From: Synechococcales cyanobacterium OTE_70_metabat_200
GTDB lineage: Bacteria; Cyanobacteriota; Cyanobacteriia; Cyanobacteriales; Chamaesiphonaceae
DNA length: 64,000 bases
NCBI GenBank assembly: GCA_031375385.1
Contig: JANMHS010000012.1
Span: forward strand, 1,691 to 65,690
Reading direction: 5' to 3'
Below the pieces are notes generated by a model. The model did no database searches. It was not told the DNA's origin and saw nothing but the letters and a program-made list of their open reading frames with translations. Shown one piece after another: positions 24,020 through 33,528 of this stretch (its first letter is position 1; every line of letters starts with the position of its first letter). The translations under genes were made by a program, and so were the position numbers.

Positions 24020-25797
24020 TCAGCTTCTTGCTCCTTGGCTTTGGCCATTGCTTCCAATTTCAGGAAAGCTGTTAAGCCTGGATCATCGGAGAATGGTTCT
24101 AGTGCTTGCCGATAATTGGCTTCGGCAGTTAACAATTCATCAGAATCAGCAGCCTCTTGGTTTTGGAGGAGGGCAAAATATTGCTCTGTAGCCTGGGCTA
24201 GCTGTTGAGCTTTCAGGCTTTGTTGAGGCATATCTACCAATTGAATGTCTTCGGCAATGTCTTCGATCGACTGATTTGCATATTGCAGCGGTTGGGAATC
24301 TTCAACATCAAGGCTTCTCAGCTCCCCTGGACTAATAGATTGAATGATGAAGGGAGAATGGGATGTACACACAAATTGAATAGCGGGAAACATGGTTTTA
24401 AGGTCATTTACAACTCGGCGCTGCCATTTGGGATGGAGGTGAACATCTAATTCATCAATTAGCACCAAGCCTGGTGTTTTCTGTAGGACTTGGGGTAAGG
24501 TTTGATAATCCAGCTCTGATTCCTCAGCCAAAAAAGCAAAATTCTGAGTGACCATTTTAATCGCAATATCTGCAATCAACGCCACCATCATTTTTTGTCC
24601 AGCGCTCAGGCTACTAAAGGGCAGAGCCTGACCATCAATCAACAGCATGATCTCTAGGCGATCGGGGTCAAACCAAAGATTACTGGCTTCGGGAATGCAG
24701 CGCAGAATCGCAAACTTCACAACCTTATAGGCCATACGCATTTCACCATGACGGTTCAGGGCGGCGATCGCCTCTCTATGAAACCAATTTTGCAGATCAC
24801 CAATCCGAATTCGTTCGGCCAAGCAATCATAGAAGGCATCCCAGCGACGAGCAGGTTCATTGGCTAACTTGGTTTTTCTGTCCCGACTATTTGATGGTAA
24901 CCAAGCTCTACCGGCTCCATAGTAAGCAATAATTGGAAACCAAGATTTTTCTCCTATTCGATCTTGCTCAAAGAGTCGAGCAACTATTTGCATTACTTGT
25001 TTACTGTCGGAATTGGATGTTCTGGAACCTTTCAAAGAAATTTTTCGCTGCCAACTGACAGTCTCAGTCCCAATAACACCGGTGGCGCTAACTTCAACTG
25101 GCTTGCAATCGGCGAGTCGGAAAGAATCGATGGTTTCGATCGTCTCAGCCCGGATCTCATGGGGCAGAATATTGCGCCCACTGCTGGCCAGAGTTGTATC
25201 AGGATAATCAATCAACCAAATTCCAGCAGCAACAGCCAAAGCATCTAATACTGTGGTTTTGCCTGTTCCATTATTACCCACCAATAACGTAAATTGCGGG
25301 CAGAAGTCGAAGGTGCATTCTGGGAATTTTTTGAAGTTTCTGATTTCTAGCCGATCTATTCTGAATTCATTAATAGTTGTGATCGCCTGCGCACGTTTTC
25401 CACTCAGTAAGCGATATAGTTGATCATAGTCACGAGGAAATAGAATTGCTTGGCGATCTCGTAAAATCCTTGGCAAATATAATATATCTCTCCGTGCAAA
25501 TGCAATCGGAATGATTTTATCGCTTCTGGGGTTTTCATAGAGTTTTCGATTTATCATTTCTTCTCTTAAGAACCCAAGATCCCGAGACGCTTTTTGGCGG
25601 ACAACCACTAAGACAAAATCCGCACTGTCAATTTGTTCCGAGATCCATACTTCCCAGTTTGTACCTAGAGGAATCGATTGCTCCTCAATGCAATCGATTC
25701 CATCTGCTGTCAATCGATCAACCAAAGCTTCAACACGATCAATGTGTTCAGCAGAATCATGGCTATAGCTAATGAAAACAGTTGGAGAACGGGACAT
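24016..25797 (-). CDS. TIR-domain / ABC-type (AAA_15/AAA_21, PtuA-like) ATPase fusion protein
   Basis: The N-terminal roughly 140 aa is TIR-like (VFISYSHDSAEHIDRVEALVDRLTADGIDC...WEVWISEQIDSADFVLVVV). ATPase motifs are FRIDRLEIRNFKKF, Walker A GNNGTGKTT, the signature-like LSAGQKMMVALIADIA, Walker B LVLIDELDVHLHP and the H-loop CTSHSPFII. The start at 25797 is preferred because AAGAGG lies 5 nt upstream; the ORF track start is 25827. Confidence 0.8.
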   Translation of the reverse strand: MSRSPTVFISYSHDSAEHIDRVEALVDRLTADGIDCIEEQSIPLGTNWEVWISEQIDSADFVLVVVRQKASRDLGFLREEMINRKLYENPRSDKIIPIAFARRDILYLPRILRDRQAILFPRDYDQLYRLLSGKRAQAITTINEFRIDRLEIRNFKKFPECTFDFCPQFTLLVGNNGTGKTTVLDALAVAAGIWLIDYPDTTLASSGRNILPHEIRAETIETIDSFRLADCKPVEVSATGVIGTETVSWQRKISLKGSRTSNSDSKQVMQIVARLFEQDRIGEKSWFPIIAYYGAGRAWLPSNSRDRKTKLANEPARRWDAFYDCLAERIRIGDLQNWFHREAIAALNRHGEMRMAYKVVKFAILRCIPEASNLWFDPDRLEIMLLIDGQALPFSSLSAGQKMMVALIADIAIKMVTQNFAFLAEESELDYQTLPQVLQKTPGLVLIDELDVHLHPKWQRRVVNDLKTMFPAIQFVCTSHSPFIIQSISPGELRSLDVEDSQPLQYANQSIEDIAEDIQLVDMPQQSLKAQQLAQATEQYFALLQNQEAADSDELLTAEANYRQALEPFSDDPGLTAFLKLEAMAKAKEQEAE

Positions 25798-25865
25798 GGA
25801 TGCCTCTTGGCGTTTATCGGAAAACAATGGTAGTCAAGAGAATGATACAACAGCAATTACAAATT

Positions 25866-25919
25866 GCCCTCATCCCCCAACCCCCTCTCCCAGAATTGGG
25901 AGAAGGCTGGGGTGAGGGC
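25866..25919. repeat. REP-like nested palindromic element, second copy
   Basis: GCCCTCATCCCCCAACCCCCTCTCCCAGAATTGGGAGAAGGCTGGGGTGAGGGC has the same outer arms and inner CTCTCCCA..TGGGAGA core as 12988..13060. It lies between the permease stop and the TIR gene start. Confidence 0.75.
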
Positions 25920-25952
25920 CAGCCAATGTCGCACCCCTCTAGATCGAGAACC

Positions 25953-27197
25953 CTAAACACTGCGCAAAGCCACGATCGGATCCAGCTGCGCTGCTCGCTT
26001 CGCCGGAACCACTCCAAAAAATAGACCGATCGCCCCCGATACGGTCACCGCCAGCACGATCGAGGCCGGTGCTACCACCGCCGGCAAAGGGGTCACTGCG
26101 CCTACGACCAACACCGCCCCCACACCAATCAACGTACCAATCACACCCCCGGCGGCGGACAAAATCACCGACTCAATAATGAACTGCCCTTGAATATCCC
26201 CTTGAGTGGCCCCGATCGCCTTGCGCAGACCGATTTCCTGCGTCCGTTCGGTGACCGATACCAACATAATATTCATCACCCCAATGCCCCCAACCAAGAG
26301 CGAGATACCAGCGATCGCACCTAATAACAAAGTCAATGCACCCGTAATCGTCCCCACAATTTGCAAGGCATCTTTCTGATTCCGCACCGTGAAATCATCA
26401 TCATTCACAATCTTATGCCGTCTGCGCAACAGATTAGTAATCTGAAATTCCGCCGCCCCAATACTATCAGCATCCTTGGCCGCAACCGAAATAAAGGAAA
26501 CTTCTTGACCAAAAGGCGAACTGCGCCCAATCAACCGCCGACTCATGGTCGTCAACGGTACATAGGCGACATCATCCTGATTGCTGCCAAAGGAAGAACC
26601 CTTAGCACCCATGATCCCAATCACCTCAAAAGAAGTATTCTTAATCCGAATCTTGCTGCCCAATGGTTCTCGGCCCTCAAATAGCTTCTCCGCCAAGTCC
26701 GGCCCTAGTACCACCACCTGACTGCCATTCTTAACATCCTTATCATTAAAAAATCGACCTTTGGTCACCTCAAAGCTGCGCACGGTCAGAAAACTGGGGG
26801 TGGTACCGGCCACCTGAGAAGTGCTGTTCTTGTTTTCGTAATTAATTGGCTGGCTAGATTGCAGCTGGGGCGAGACGGCGGCCACACTAGGCACCTGCCG
26901 AGCGATCGCCTGGGCATCGGCACTTACCAATGTCCGAGGTAGCCCCAGCCGGTTTTGTTGGCTATTCGGGCCGCCGGGCAGAATGAATAGAGTATTAGGA
27001 CCCAGAGATTTGAATTGTTCTTCGGCCAGCTTTTGGGTGCCCTGACCAATACCCACCATCGCAATCACCGAAGCATTGCCAATGATAATCCCCAGCATGG
27101 TGAGACCACTGCGCAGCTTATTTGCCAAAAGAGTGGAGGTGGCCATCTTTAGGCTTTCTGCCAGGTCTATGCCGCTTCTTCTTTTGGACTTGGCCAT
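25953..27197 (-). CDS. ABC transporter permease, FtsX/MacB-type (DevC-like)
   Basis: It has an N-terminal TM, a large periplasmic domain and a C-terminal FtsX 3-TM bundle (..RTQEIGLRKAIGATQGDIQGQFIIESV..). The ATG at 27197 lies 1 nt after the upstream gene's stop. The ORF track start 27245 would overlap that gene by 47 nt. Confidence 0.85.
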   Translation of the reverse strand: MAKSKRRSGIDLAESLKMATSTLLANKLRSGLTMLGIIIGNASVIAMVGIGQGTQKLAEEQFKSLGPNTLFILPGGPNSQQNRLGLPRTLVSADAQAIARQVPSVAAVSPQLQSSQPINYENKNSTSQVAGTTPSFLTVRSFEVTKGRFFNDKDVKNGSQVVVLGPDLAEKLFEGREPLGSKIRIKNTSFEVIGIMGAKGSSFGSNQDDVAYVPLTTMSRRLIGRSSPFGQEVSFISVAAKDADSIGAAEFQITNLLRRRHKIVNDDDFTVRNQKDALQIVGTITGALTLLLGAIAGISLLVGGIGVMNIMLVSVTERTQEIGLRKAIGATQGDIQGQFIIESVILSAAGGVIGTLIGVGAVLVVGAVTPLPAVVAPASIVLAVTVSGAIGLFFGVVPAKRAAQLDPIVALRSV

Positions 27198-27198
27198 C

Positions 27199-28833
27199 CT
27201 ATTTCTCCTTATCTTTATTAAGTTTGAAACCTTTTGGTGTATCAATAAACACCCGATCGCCGGACTTGATGCCGTTGGTGATTTGGGTTTTGTCCTTCAC
27301 CGAAAAGCCCAGAGACACTTCCCGAAACTCTGGCTGGCTATCCTTATTGGGCACCAGCACCCCATCTTTGCCCTTATCGCGGACGATCGCTACCGTAGGT
27401 ACCATCAAGGCCGTGGGCACTTGTTCGCCCACAAAAGCAACGTTAACATTCATTCCCGATTTTAGCTTGCCGTTGCCATCGTCATTGATGATCAGTCGCA
27501 CATCGAAAGCAGTCACATTCTGCTCCACCACTGCTTCGGGGGCGACAATCTTGACGGAGCCTTTGAACTTTTGGTCGGGATAGGCATCAGCAGAAATTTC
27601 GACATTTTGGCCCACGCGCACCTTGCCGATATCCACTTCGGGCACTTTGGCTTTAACTTCCAGATCCTTGGCGATCGCCACAATCGAAGTAGAAGTGGCC
27701 TGCCCTTCCTTAGAAGCAGTAGTAGTGGGTGTCACAAAAGCACCCACGCTGGCATAGCGCTGGGTAATAATCCCATCGAAAGGAGCCACGATCGCCGTAT
27801 CCCGGATTTGGACTTGGATGGCTCGGAGTCTGGCTTGGGCCGAGTCCAAAGCAGCGGCCAATTGGGCAATTTCCTCGGGTCTGGCACCGTTCTTGACCTG
27901 TTGCAGGGCCACCTGGGCCTGACGCACATCGGCTGCGGCTTTTTGGGTATCTTCTACCCGGCTGCCGGATCTTTGCTGCTGCAAATTCTGCTCCACTTCG
28001 GCCACCACTGCGCGGCGCTGGGCAATTTCCTGGGTGGAGTTATTGCGCACTTGCTGGACACGCTGCCTGGCTTCTAGATAGTTGGCACTAGTGGTTTGAT
28101 AGTCGGCGGTGGCTTCATCCAAACGGTCTTGGGCAACCGCTCCTTCCCTAAGCAGCTTGGTGTAGCGCTCCAAGCGAGTTTTGGAGAGTCGTAACCTAGC
28201 AGTGGCCGCAGCCAGTTGGGCTTCGGCTTGCTTGATTTGCTCCGGCCCGATCGACAAGGACAAGTTCAGATTAGCTTGGGCCGAGTCCAGTTTGGCTTGG
28301 ACTTGCTTAATTTCTTCGACTCGATTGCCATTGCGCGAGCGATCCAAGGTAGCCTGGGCCGCATCCAGCTTGGCTTGGGACTGGTCGATGTCCTCTGGCC
28401 GACTGCCGTTTTTGAGTTTGGCCAGGTTGGCCTGGGCTTGGCGGACGTTGGCCTGGGCCTCTAGGAGTTGGGCTTGCAGCTCGGCATTTTCCATCTGGGC
28501 AATTTTTTGTCCTTGCTGCACCACATCGCCCTGTTCCACAAAGACCTGAGCCACCCGCCCGGAGTTTTTGGGGCTGAGGTTGACCGTCTGGCCGGGCAGC
28601 ACCGACCCGTTGGCCGAAATTTTCAAGGTGACATCTTCGGCCTTGGCCACCACGGTCAGCTTGTTGAGATCGACTTTGCCAGCAGATTGGAGGCCACTAA
28701 AAGCATAGGCACCTAGACCCACGAGGCTGAGAGCACCGATTGCCAAAGCTGCAAACAGCGGCAGGCGATTTTTGGATTTCACAATGGGCAATGAGTCTTC
28801 CATACACTGGGGCGCTAACAAGCGCGTAGCCAC
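27199..28833 (-). CDS. HlyD-family periplasmic adaptor (DevB-like)
   Basis: 544 aa with an N-terminal TM, a lipoyl/barrel segment and a very long Q/A-rich coiled-coil hairpin (AQANLAKLKNGSRPEDIDQSQAKLDAAQATL... repeated). The C-terminal beta-barrel contains VVAPFDGIITQR. Confidence 0.85.
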   Translation of the reverse strand: MATRLLAPQCMEDSLPIVKSKNRLPLFAALAIGALSLVGLGAYAFSGLQSAGKVDLNKLTVVAKAEDVTLKISANGSVLPGQTVNLSPKNSGRVAQVFVEQGDVVQQGQKIAQMENAELQAQLLEAQANVRQAQANLAKLKNGSRPEDIDQSQAKLDAAQATLDRSRNGNRVEEIKQVQAKLDSAQANLNLSLSIGPEQIKQAEAQLAAATARLRLSKTRLERYTKLLREGAVAQDRLDEATADYQTTSANYLEARQRVQQVRNNSTQEIAQRRAVVAEVEQNLQQQRSGSRVEDTQKAAADVRQAQVALQQVKNGARPEEIAQLAAALDSAQARLRAIQVQIRDTAIVAPFDGIITQRYASVGAFVTPTTTASKEGQATSTSIVAIAKDLEVKAKVPEVDIGKVRVGQNVEISADAYPDQKFKGSVKIVAPEAVVEQNVTAFDVRLIINDDGNGKLKSGMNVNVAFVGEQVPTALMVPTVAIVRDKGKDGVLVPNKDSQPEFREVSLGFSVKDKTQITNGIKSGDRVFIDTPKGFKLNKDKEK

Positions 28834-29039
28834 TAAAAACCGCTCGTTGTCGATCGCAGTGAGATTTAGCGGTGGTATACCTTTACTTTACGTACTGTAA
28901 CAAAGATACCCAAGCTCTTGGCAGATACTGATTACCGAAATGTATGCCAAGATATCTTCCCAGCTGCAAAAGGTGCCAAGGACTAGGAGCGCAACTTGGA
29001 TTAATTGGGGGCGAGAAATCTTCCCCCGCCCCAGGGATC

Positions 29040-29465
29040 CTAACGACGGCCAGCAGGTTGTTGGCCATTGGATTGCTGCATGGATTGAATGTTGGCTTTG
29101 ATCTGTTTGATCTGGGCCGGAGTCAACACGCCCTCAATTTCCGCATTAGCAGAAGAAATAATCTGTTGGAATTGAGTCTTTTGGGTAGGGGTCAGTTGCA
29201 CTGAGCCAGCACCGCTTTTGCGCATGGTTTCTTTTTGGGCCGGAGATAACAGAGAGACCATTTTGTTGTTCATTCTGGTCTGGATGGCTCCAATCTTGGC
29301 GCGTTGCTCAGGAGAGAAAGTTACACCGCGCAAGAGGGGGCTGCTGCTGGTACTGCTGCCACTATTAGCTGTAGCGGGAGCCACAGCAGGCTTGCTCCAG
29401 GCAGGCTGACCGATCGCGCCGACGGTCAAGATACTAAGGGTTAAGATGCTGAGTAAAATTTTCAT
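29040..29465 (-). CDS. Periplasmic Spy/CpxP-like protein (LTxxQ-type repeats)
   Basis: A signal peptide (MKILLSILTLSILTVGAIG) is followed by the repeated motifs FSPEQRAKI, LSPAQKETM, LTPTQKTQF and LTPAQIKQI. The start is taken at the MKILL Met. Confidence 0.6.
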   Translation of the reverse strand: MKILLSILTLSILTVGAIGQPAWSKPAVAPATANSGSSTSSSPLLRGVTFSPEQRAKIGAIQTRMNNKMVSLLSPAQKETMRKSGAGSVQLTPTQKTQFQQIISSANAEIEGVLTPAQIKQIKANIQSMQQSNGQQPAGRR

Positions 29466-29622
29466 GGTAAGACCTTTTCGAATGGTTTCTAGCTGGTGAG
29501 TACCATACCCACTTTTTGCTTGGACGTACAAATACCCACCTAGTTCCGCTGGCCGATGTTAGAATTAGCCGCGAAGGGTTGTGAAGTCCTTTCCCAAACA
29601 TCCTACCTAAACTTAAAATACT

Positions 29623-30489
29623 GTGGCCAAAAAATTTGCACTTTCCTTGGTTTTCCTGCTTGGTGGAATGGCGCTCAATGCTCCGATCGCCAATTCTCAG
29701 GCGCTTTTACCTTATGTGCCACAGCCAGAAAAAAATGATTTTAAGAAAGAGGCCGATCGACTCTTCAAAAGTGCCATTGCTCTAACCCAGTTGCAACAGT
29801 TCGATTTAGCTATTCCCCGCGCATTATTGGCCAGCCAACTAGCTCCCGAGCGGTCGGATATTTTACTGCTGCTGGGCCAGCTCTATCTCCAGACCCAAAA
29901 GACCGACAAGAGCATTGAGACTCTCCAAAAAGCGCAGTCCCTAAGCAGCAGCAATGCAGATATATTGCTTTCTTTGGGCACGGCGCTGTTCCAGAAGGGC
30001 GACTACAACGGCTCGGTGCAAAAGTTACAGGCCGGACTGAAGCTGAAGCCAACCAGTCTCTCTGGTTTGTTCGATCTGGGCAATGCCTATTACCGCCTGC
30101 GCCGCTATGCGGAGGCGATCGCTACCTACAAGCAAGCGGTGAAGCAGAAGGCGGATTTCTGGCCCGCTCTGAATAATATTGGCTTAATTATCTATGAAAC
30201 CGGCAATCTCAACGAGGCCATTAAGTATTGGCAACAGGCGATCGGCATCGATAAGAAGGCCGCAGAACCACAGTTGGCTTTGGCAGTGGCGCTGTTCCAG
30301 CAGGGTAAGCAGGAGGAAGCCTATCGACTAGGAGTAGCAGCTTTGCGGAATGATAGTCGCTATGGCAGTTTGGAATACCTGAAGGAAAATCTGTGGGGCG
30401 AGAAGCTGATGACCGATACGACCAAGTTCCTGAAAACACCTCGCATTCGGGCTGCTCTAACGCTGGGAGACACACCTGGAGCGCGCTAA
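29623..30489 (+). CDS. TPR-repeat protein, secreted or periplasmic
   Basis: 288 aa with a signal-like N-terminus and several 34-aa TPR units (e.g. LGNAYYRLRRYAEAIATYKQAVKQKADFWPALNNIG). Confidence 0.8.
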   Translation: MAKKFALSLVFLLGGMALNAPIANSQALLPYVPQPEKNDFKKEADRLFKSAIALTQLQQFDLAIPRALLASQLAPERSDILLLLGQLYLQTQKTDKSIETLQKAQSLSSSNADILLSLGTALFQKGDYNGSVQKLQAGLKLKPTSLSGLFDLGNAYYRLRRYAEAIATYKQAVKQKADFWPALNNIGLIIYETGNLNEAIKYWQQAIGIDKKAAEPQLALAVALFQQGKQEEAYRLGVAALRNDSRYGSLEYLKENLWGEKLMTDTTKFLKTPRIRAALTLGDTPGAR

Positions 30490-30568
30490 AGCTCACTTTA
30501 CACGGGCGGATTAATCTGGCGCAAGGGAATCCAAAATCCGCTGTGTACTGGTTCCCCCCACCTACCAA

Positions 30569-31213
30569 TCACGTAGAGCGTGGGGCCGCTGCGGAGGCAG
30601 CTGACAATTGGGGTCTTAGTAGTAAATAGACCAAGGCCCCCAGTAGGGGCACCAAACATACTACTAAGAGATTAGCTTTGGCACCACGGCGCTGGGCATC
30701 ATCTTTTGCGAGCACCGCAAACAGCAACCACAGCATCACAAAATCGATGCTCATTACATGGATAAACCGCTCCGATCGCCACTGCTGAACAAAAGCCCCC
30801 CAATCACCTTGGGTAATGCCATAGGTCAATAGGATGACCGAGCCGAGGATCAGGGCGATCGCCAGCCAGCGACTGTCCAAAATCTTGAGCAAAGGCTTAG
30901 TTGGCAAAGCACTCTCGGCCCGAGGTTTGCGCAAAGCTAAATAGGGCAAAATGGCAAAGGCTCCCACTCCAAAAGAAGCCCCACAGAACCAACCCGGCTG
31001 GAACCGCTCGGATTGCTCGAAAAGCATGACGGCCCCATAGGCCATGGGCCAAATCCCCATTAAATTAAACAGGGCAATGACGATCGGATTGATGTCCGTC
31101 CATTGACCGGTCGAAAGATTCACGATCAGCTGCCAAGTAGTGGGGCTATCTGCCGGAGCCAATAGAAAAGCGTAGGCGACAAAAGCCACCCAGATCGGCC
31201 AAAAAATTAGCAT
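30569..31213 (-). CDS. Integral membrane protein, hypothetical
   Basis: 214 aa with about 6 predicted hydrophobic helices. It lies immediately downstream of hrcA, separated by 4 nt. Confidence 0.6.
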   Translation of the reverse strand: MLIFWPIWVAFVAYAFLLAPADSPTTWQLIVNLSTGQWTDINPIVIALFNLMGIWPMAYGAVMLFEQSERFQPGWFCGASFGVGAFAILPYLALRKPRAESALPTKPLLKILDSRWLAIALILGSVILLTYGITQGDWGAFVQQWRSERFIHVMSIDFVMLWLLFAVLAKDDAQRRGAKANLLVVCLVPLLGALVYLLLRPQLSAASAAAPRST

Positions 31214-31217
31214 AGAA

Positions 31218-32297
31218 TCACGATGAAGTGGATGGAGAAAAAGCCTCGGCCAAATAGTCGGCGGTGGCTTGGACTAAGGGAATCACATTTTCGTAGAGCA
31301 TCCGCTTGGGCCCCAACAGGCTGACGCTGCCGATCGACTGGCCATGGGAGCAGTAACTACTAGAAACCAGCGTACAGATATGCATCGGCTCCCAAGTATT
31401 CTCCGCTCCAATCCGGATCGAGATCCGCGAGCCACCGGGTGCCAGACTGCCCAATCTTGCCGGTGCGGTGCCATCGGCCACTATTAGTTGCCAAATCTGC
31501 TCCGGCTCCGCCTCCAACAATTGCAGCAGCGTCTTCACTTGAGCCAGTTCCGAAAACTCCGGTTGGCGCAACACTTCAGAAAAACCACGCATCATCACCT
31601 GGGTGCGCGGACGCTGTTGCACCGTGGCCAAAGTGCTTTTTAGCACCGACACATAGCGCTGCAGCTGGGGGCCCACAAAGCTCCAATCTAGCCCCTCCAG
31701 CGCCTGGAGGGAATGATGATAGATATGGTGTTCTAGTAACCCAGATAGTACTCGCAATTCATCTTGTACCTGATCGATGTCCAGCTCCGTCGGGGGCAAA
31801 TCTAGGATGAGCGATTGGGTTTGGTTGGCATCGAAGACCACCACCACCATCAGACGATTGTCTGACATGGCCATTAACTGAAGATAGCGAATGGTCAAAT
31901 CTTGGGCCGTCGGTGGCGTGACGATCGCAATGTAACCACTGAGGGTCGCCAAGATCTGGGCCGCACCGCGCAGCAGTGCTTCCAGGCTCCACTTTTCCCA
32001 ATCTAGCTGGCTGGAAAGCTGCTGCTCCACTTGCTGACCAGCAACCGGATCCGGGCGCAGCAATTGGTCTACGTACATCCGGTAGCCCGAATCCGAAGGT
32101 ATCCGACCGGCGGAAGTATGGGGCTGATAGAGCAGTCCGGCCTTTTCCATCAAGCTAAAGCTATTGCGGATGGTCGCCGGACTAATTTTTAGATCATATT
32201 CATCTACCAGCGCCTTAGAACCCACCGGCTCGGCGGTAGTAATGTAGTGCCGGATGGTCGCCCAGAGAATTTTTTGCTGTCGTGGATTTAGGTTCAT
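31218..32297 (-). CDS. hrcA: Heat-inducible transcription repressor HrcA
   Basis: 359 aa: RQQKILWATIRHYITTAEPVGSKALVDEYDLKISPATIRNSFSLMEKAGLLYQPHTSAGRIPSDSGYRMYVD. This is the canonical HrcA N-terminal wHTH. Confidence 0.92.
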   Translation of the reverse strand: MNLNPRQQKILWATIRHYITTAEPVGSKALVDEYDLKISPATIRNSFSLMEKAGLLYQPHTSAGRIPSDSGYRMYVDQLLRPDPVAGQQVEQQLSSQLDWEKWSLEALLRGAAQILATLSGYIAIVTPPTAQDLTIRYLQLMAMSDNRLMVVVVFDANQTQSLILDLPPTELDIDQVQDELRVLSGLLEHHIYHHSLQALEGLDWSFVGPQLQRYVSVLKSTLATVQQRPRTQVMMRGFSEVLRQPEFSELAQVKTLLQLLEAEPEQIWQLIVADGTAPARLGSLAPGGSRISIRIGAENTWEPMHICTLVSSSYCSHGQSIGSVSLLGPKRMLYENVIPLVQATADYLAEAFSPSTSS

Positions 32298-32422
32298 TTC
32301 GGGTCAAGCAGCCCAACTACACGGCAGGCCAGCAAAAAGGATTTAGAAAAAGACAATTTTGTCCAATTATGAAACTAAAAGTTAATTTTCGGGTATCAAG
32401 CGTAACAATTTCTTAACGGATT

Positions 32423-32767
32423 CTAATATTGGGGCACCGATCGATCCACCAATTGGGCATAGGCAGAAATTCCTCCAATTACATTGTGCAGGTTAACAAA
32501 ACCCTGACTGGCCAACCATCCACACATCTGGGCCGAACGCATCCCATGGTGGCAGAGCACAATGGTCTCTAAAGTTGGGTCGAGGCGTTGCAGAATATCC
32601 TCAGACCACTGCTCGTATTCGCTTAAGGGTAAATTGACGAATCCGGGCAGGCTGGCGAGCGCCAATTCCTGAGGCTCACGCACATCTACCAACTGGCGGT
32701 GATCAACATCTGCCATCCGCGTGGCTAGCTCAGTTACACTGATCTCATCAAAGGGCCCATTGGTCAT
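32423..32767 (-). CDS. Rhodanese-domain protein
   Basis: 114 aa. The active-site loop is VLCHHGMRSAQ and the context LVDVREPQE is typical of single-domain sulfurtransferases. Confidence 0.85.
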   Translation of the reverse strand: MTNGPFDEISVTELATRMADVDHRQLVDVREPQELALASLPGFVNLPLSEYEQWSEDILQRLDPTLETIVLCHHGMRSAQMCGWLASQGFVNLHNVIGGISAYAQLVDRSVPQY

Positions 32768-32920
32768 GGCGGCGCTCGGCTGTCCTATAAGTTTCCAAAT
32801 TCTATCCCATTGACAGCCCTGCTGCTGGAACTTTCTGGATCCACAACCAGACCATGAATCCAGAGGCGCTCAATACCTCACTAATTTTCAACCGCGTCAA
32901 ACCAGTTTGGTTTTTCCATC

Positions 32921-33382
32921 ATGTTGCTGAAAAAATTATCTGTCCTAGCCCTACTGTTGCCCCTCGTGGCTCTGCCAGCCTTGGCCCAGAACAGCACTCC
33001 CCTTCAACTATCTTTGGGCTTTGCCCGTCAGGATGGGGTGGTCAATGGTTCCACCAGTGGTAGCTATTCGCTCAGCACTATTGCCAAGTTCGATCGAGAA
33101 AAAAATCCTTGCTTGGGCTACTCTTCTTCGAGCGCCGACCATGTGGTTAACCTGACCCAAGGCTTTCCGAAGCTAACTTTCCAAGTTAATAGCCGGGGGA
33201 AGGACACCACTTTGTTGATCAAAACTCCCGATGGCCAAGTGCTTTGTGGCGACGATACTGGCAATAAAAAGGATGCCAGCATTAGCACCACCAATCTACC
33301 GCCTGGTAAATACGAAGTCTGGGTGGGCAGCATGGAACCTAACAAACGTTGGGGCTACAGCTTGACCATGAGCGAAAAATAG
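32921..33382 (+). CDS. Secreted hypothetical protein
   Basis: 153 aa ORF with a signal peptide (MLLKKLSVLALLLPLVALPALA). No family was recognised. Confidence 0.55.
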   Translation: MLLKKLSVLALLLPLVALPALAQNSTPLQLSLGFARQDGVVNGSTSGSYSLSTIAKFDREKNPCLGYSSSSADHVVNLTQGFPKLTFQVNSRGKDTTLLIKTPDGQVLCGDDTGNKKDASISTTNLPPGKYEVWVGSMEPNKRWGYSLTMSEK

Positions 33383-33427
33383 AGTCAAACCCTCCAATCC
33401 GATCCGATCGATCCGATCGCCAACAAG

Positions 33428-33469
33428 AAAAATATGGACTTTACCGAACTGCGGGAGTCCATATTTTTG
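33428..33469 (+). terminator. Intrinsic terminator
   Basis: AAAAATATGGACT ... AGTCCATATTTTT forms 13-bp arms around a 15-nt loop and runs into a T-tract. It lies 46 nt after the stop of the 153 aa gene. Confidence 0.6.
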
Positions 33470-33528
33470 TGACTGGGGAGATTACCCTGCTTCCCTAAGC
33501 GGGTCGTAAATCGCTAAAATAAGGGCTG

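Noticed and set aside
21840-25952. Classical mobile element (integrase, transposase, att or inverted terminal repeats) bounding the defence island; the same was checked for 50790..53775
   Set aside because: No recombinase-like ORF and no terminal direct or inverted repeats were found by eye. The islands are better explained by homologous or illegitimate recombination.
25782-26024. 80 aa and 67 aa ORFs across the second REP-like element
   Set aside because: They have the same repeat-derived peptide (..LPELGEGWGEG..) and overlap the ends of two well-supported genes.
27571-28716. Several 80-170 aa plus-strand ORFs antisense to the HlyD adaptor gene
   Set aside because: They are low-complexity G/L/A-rich translations of the antisense strand of a Q/A-rich coiled coil, an artefact.
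32298-32422. Looked for a CIRCE operator (TTAGCACTC-N9-GAGTGCTAA) upstream of hrcA
   Set aside because: No match or near match was seen. CIRCE is expected upstream of groESL/dnaK, which are not in this window.
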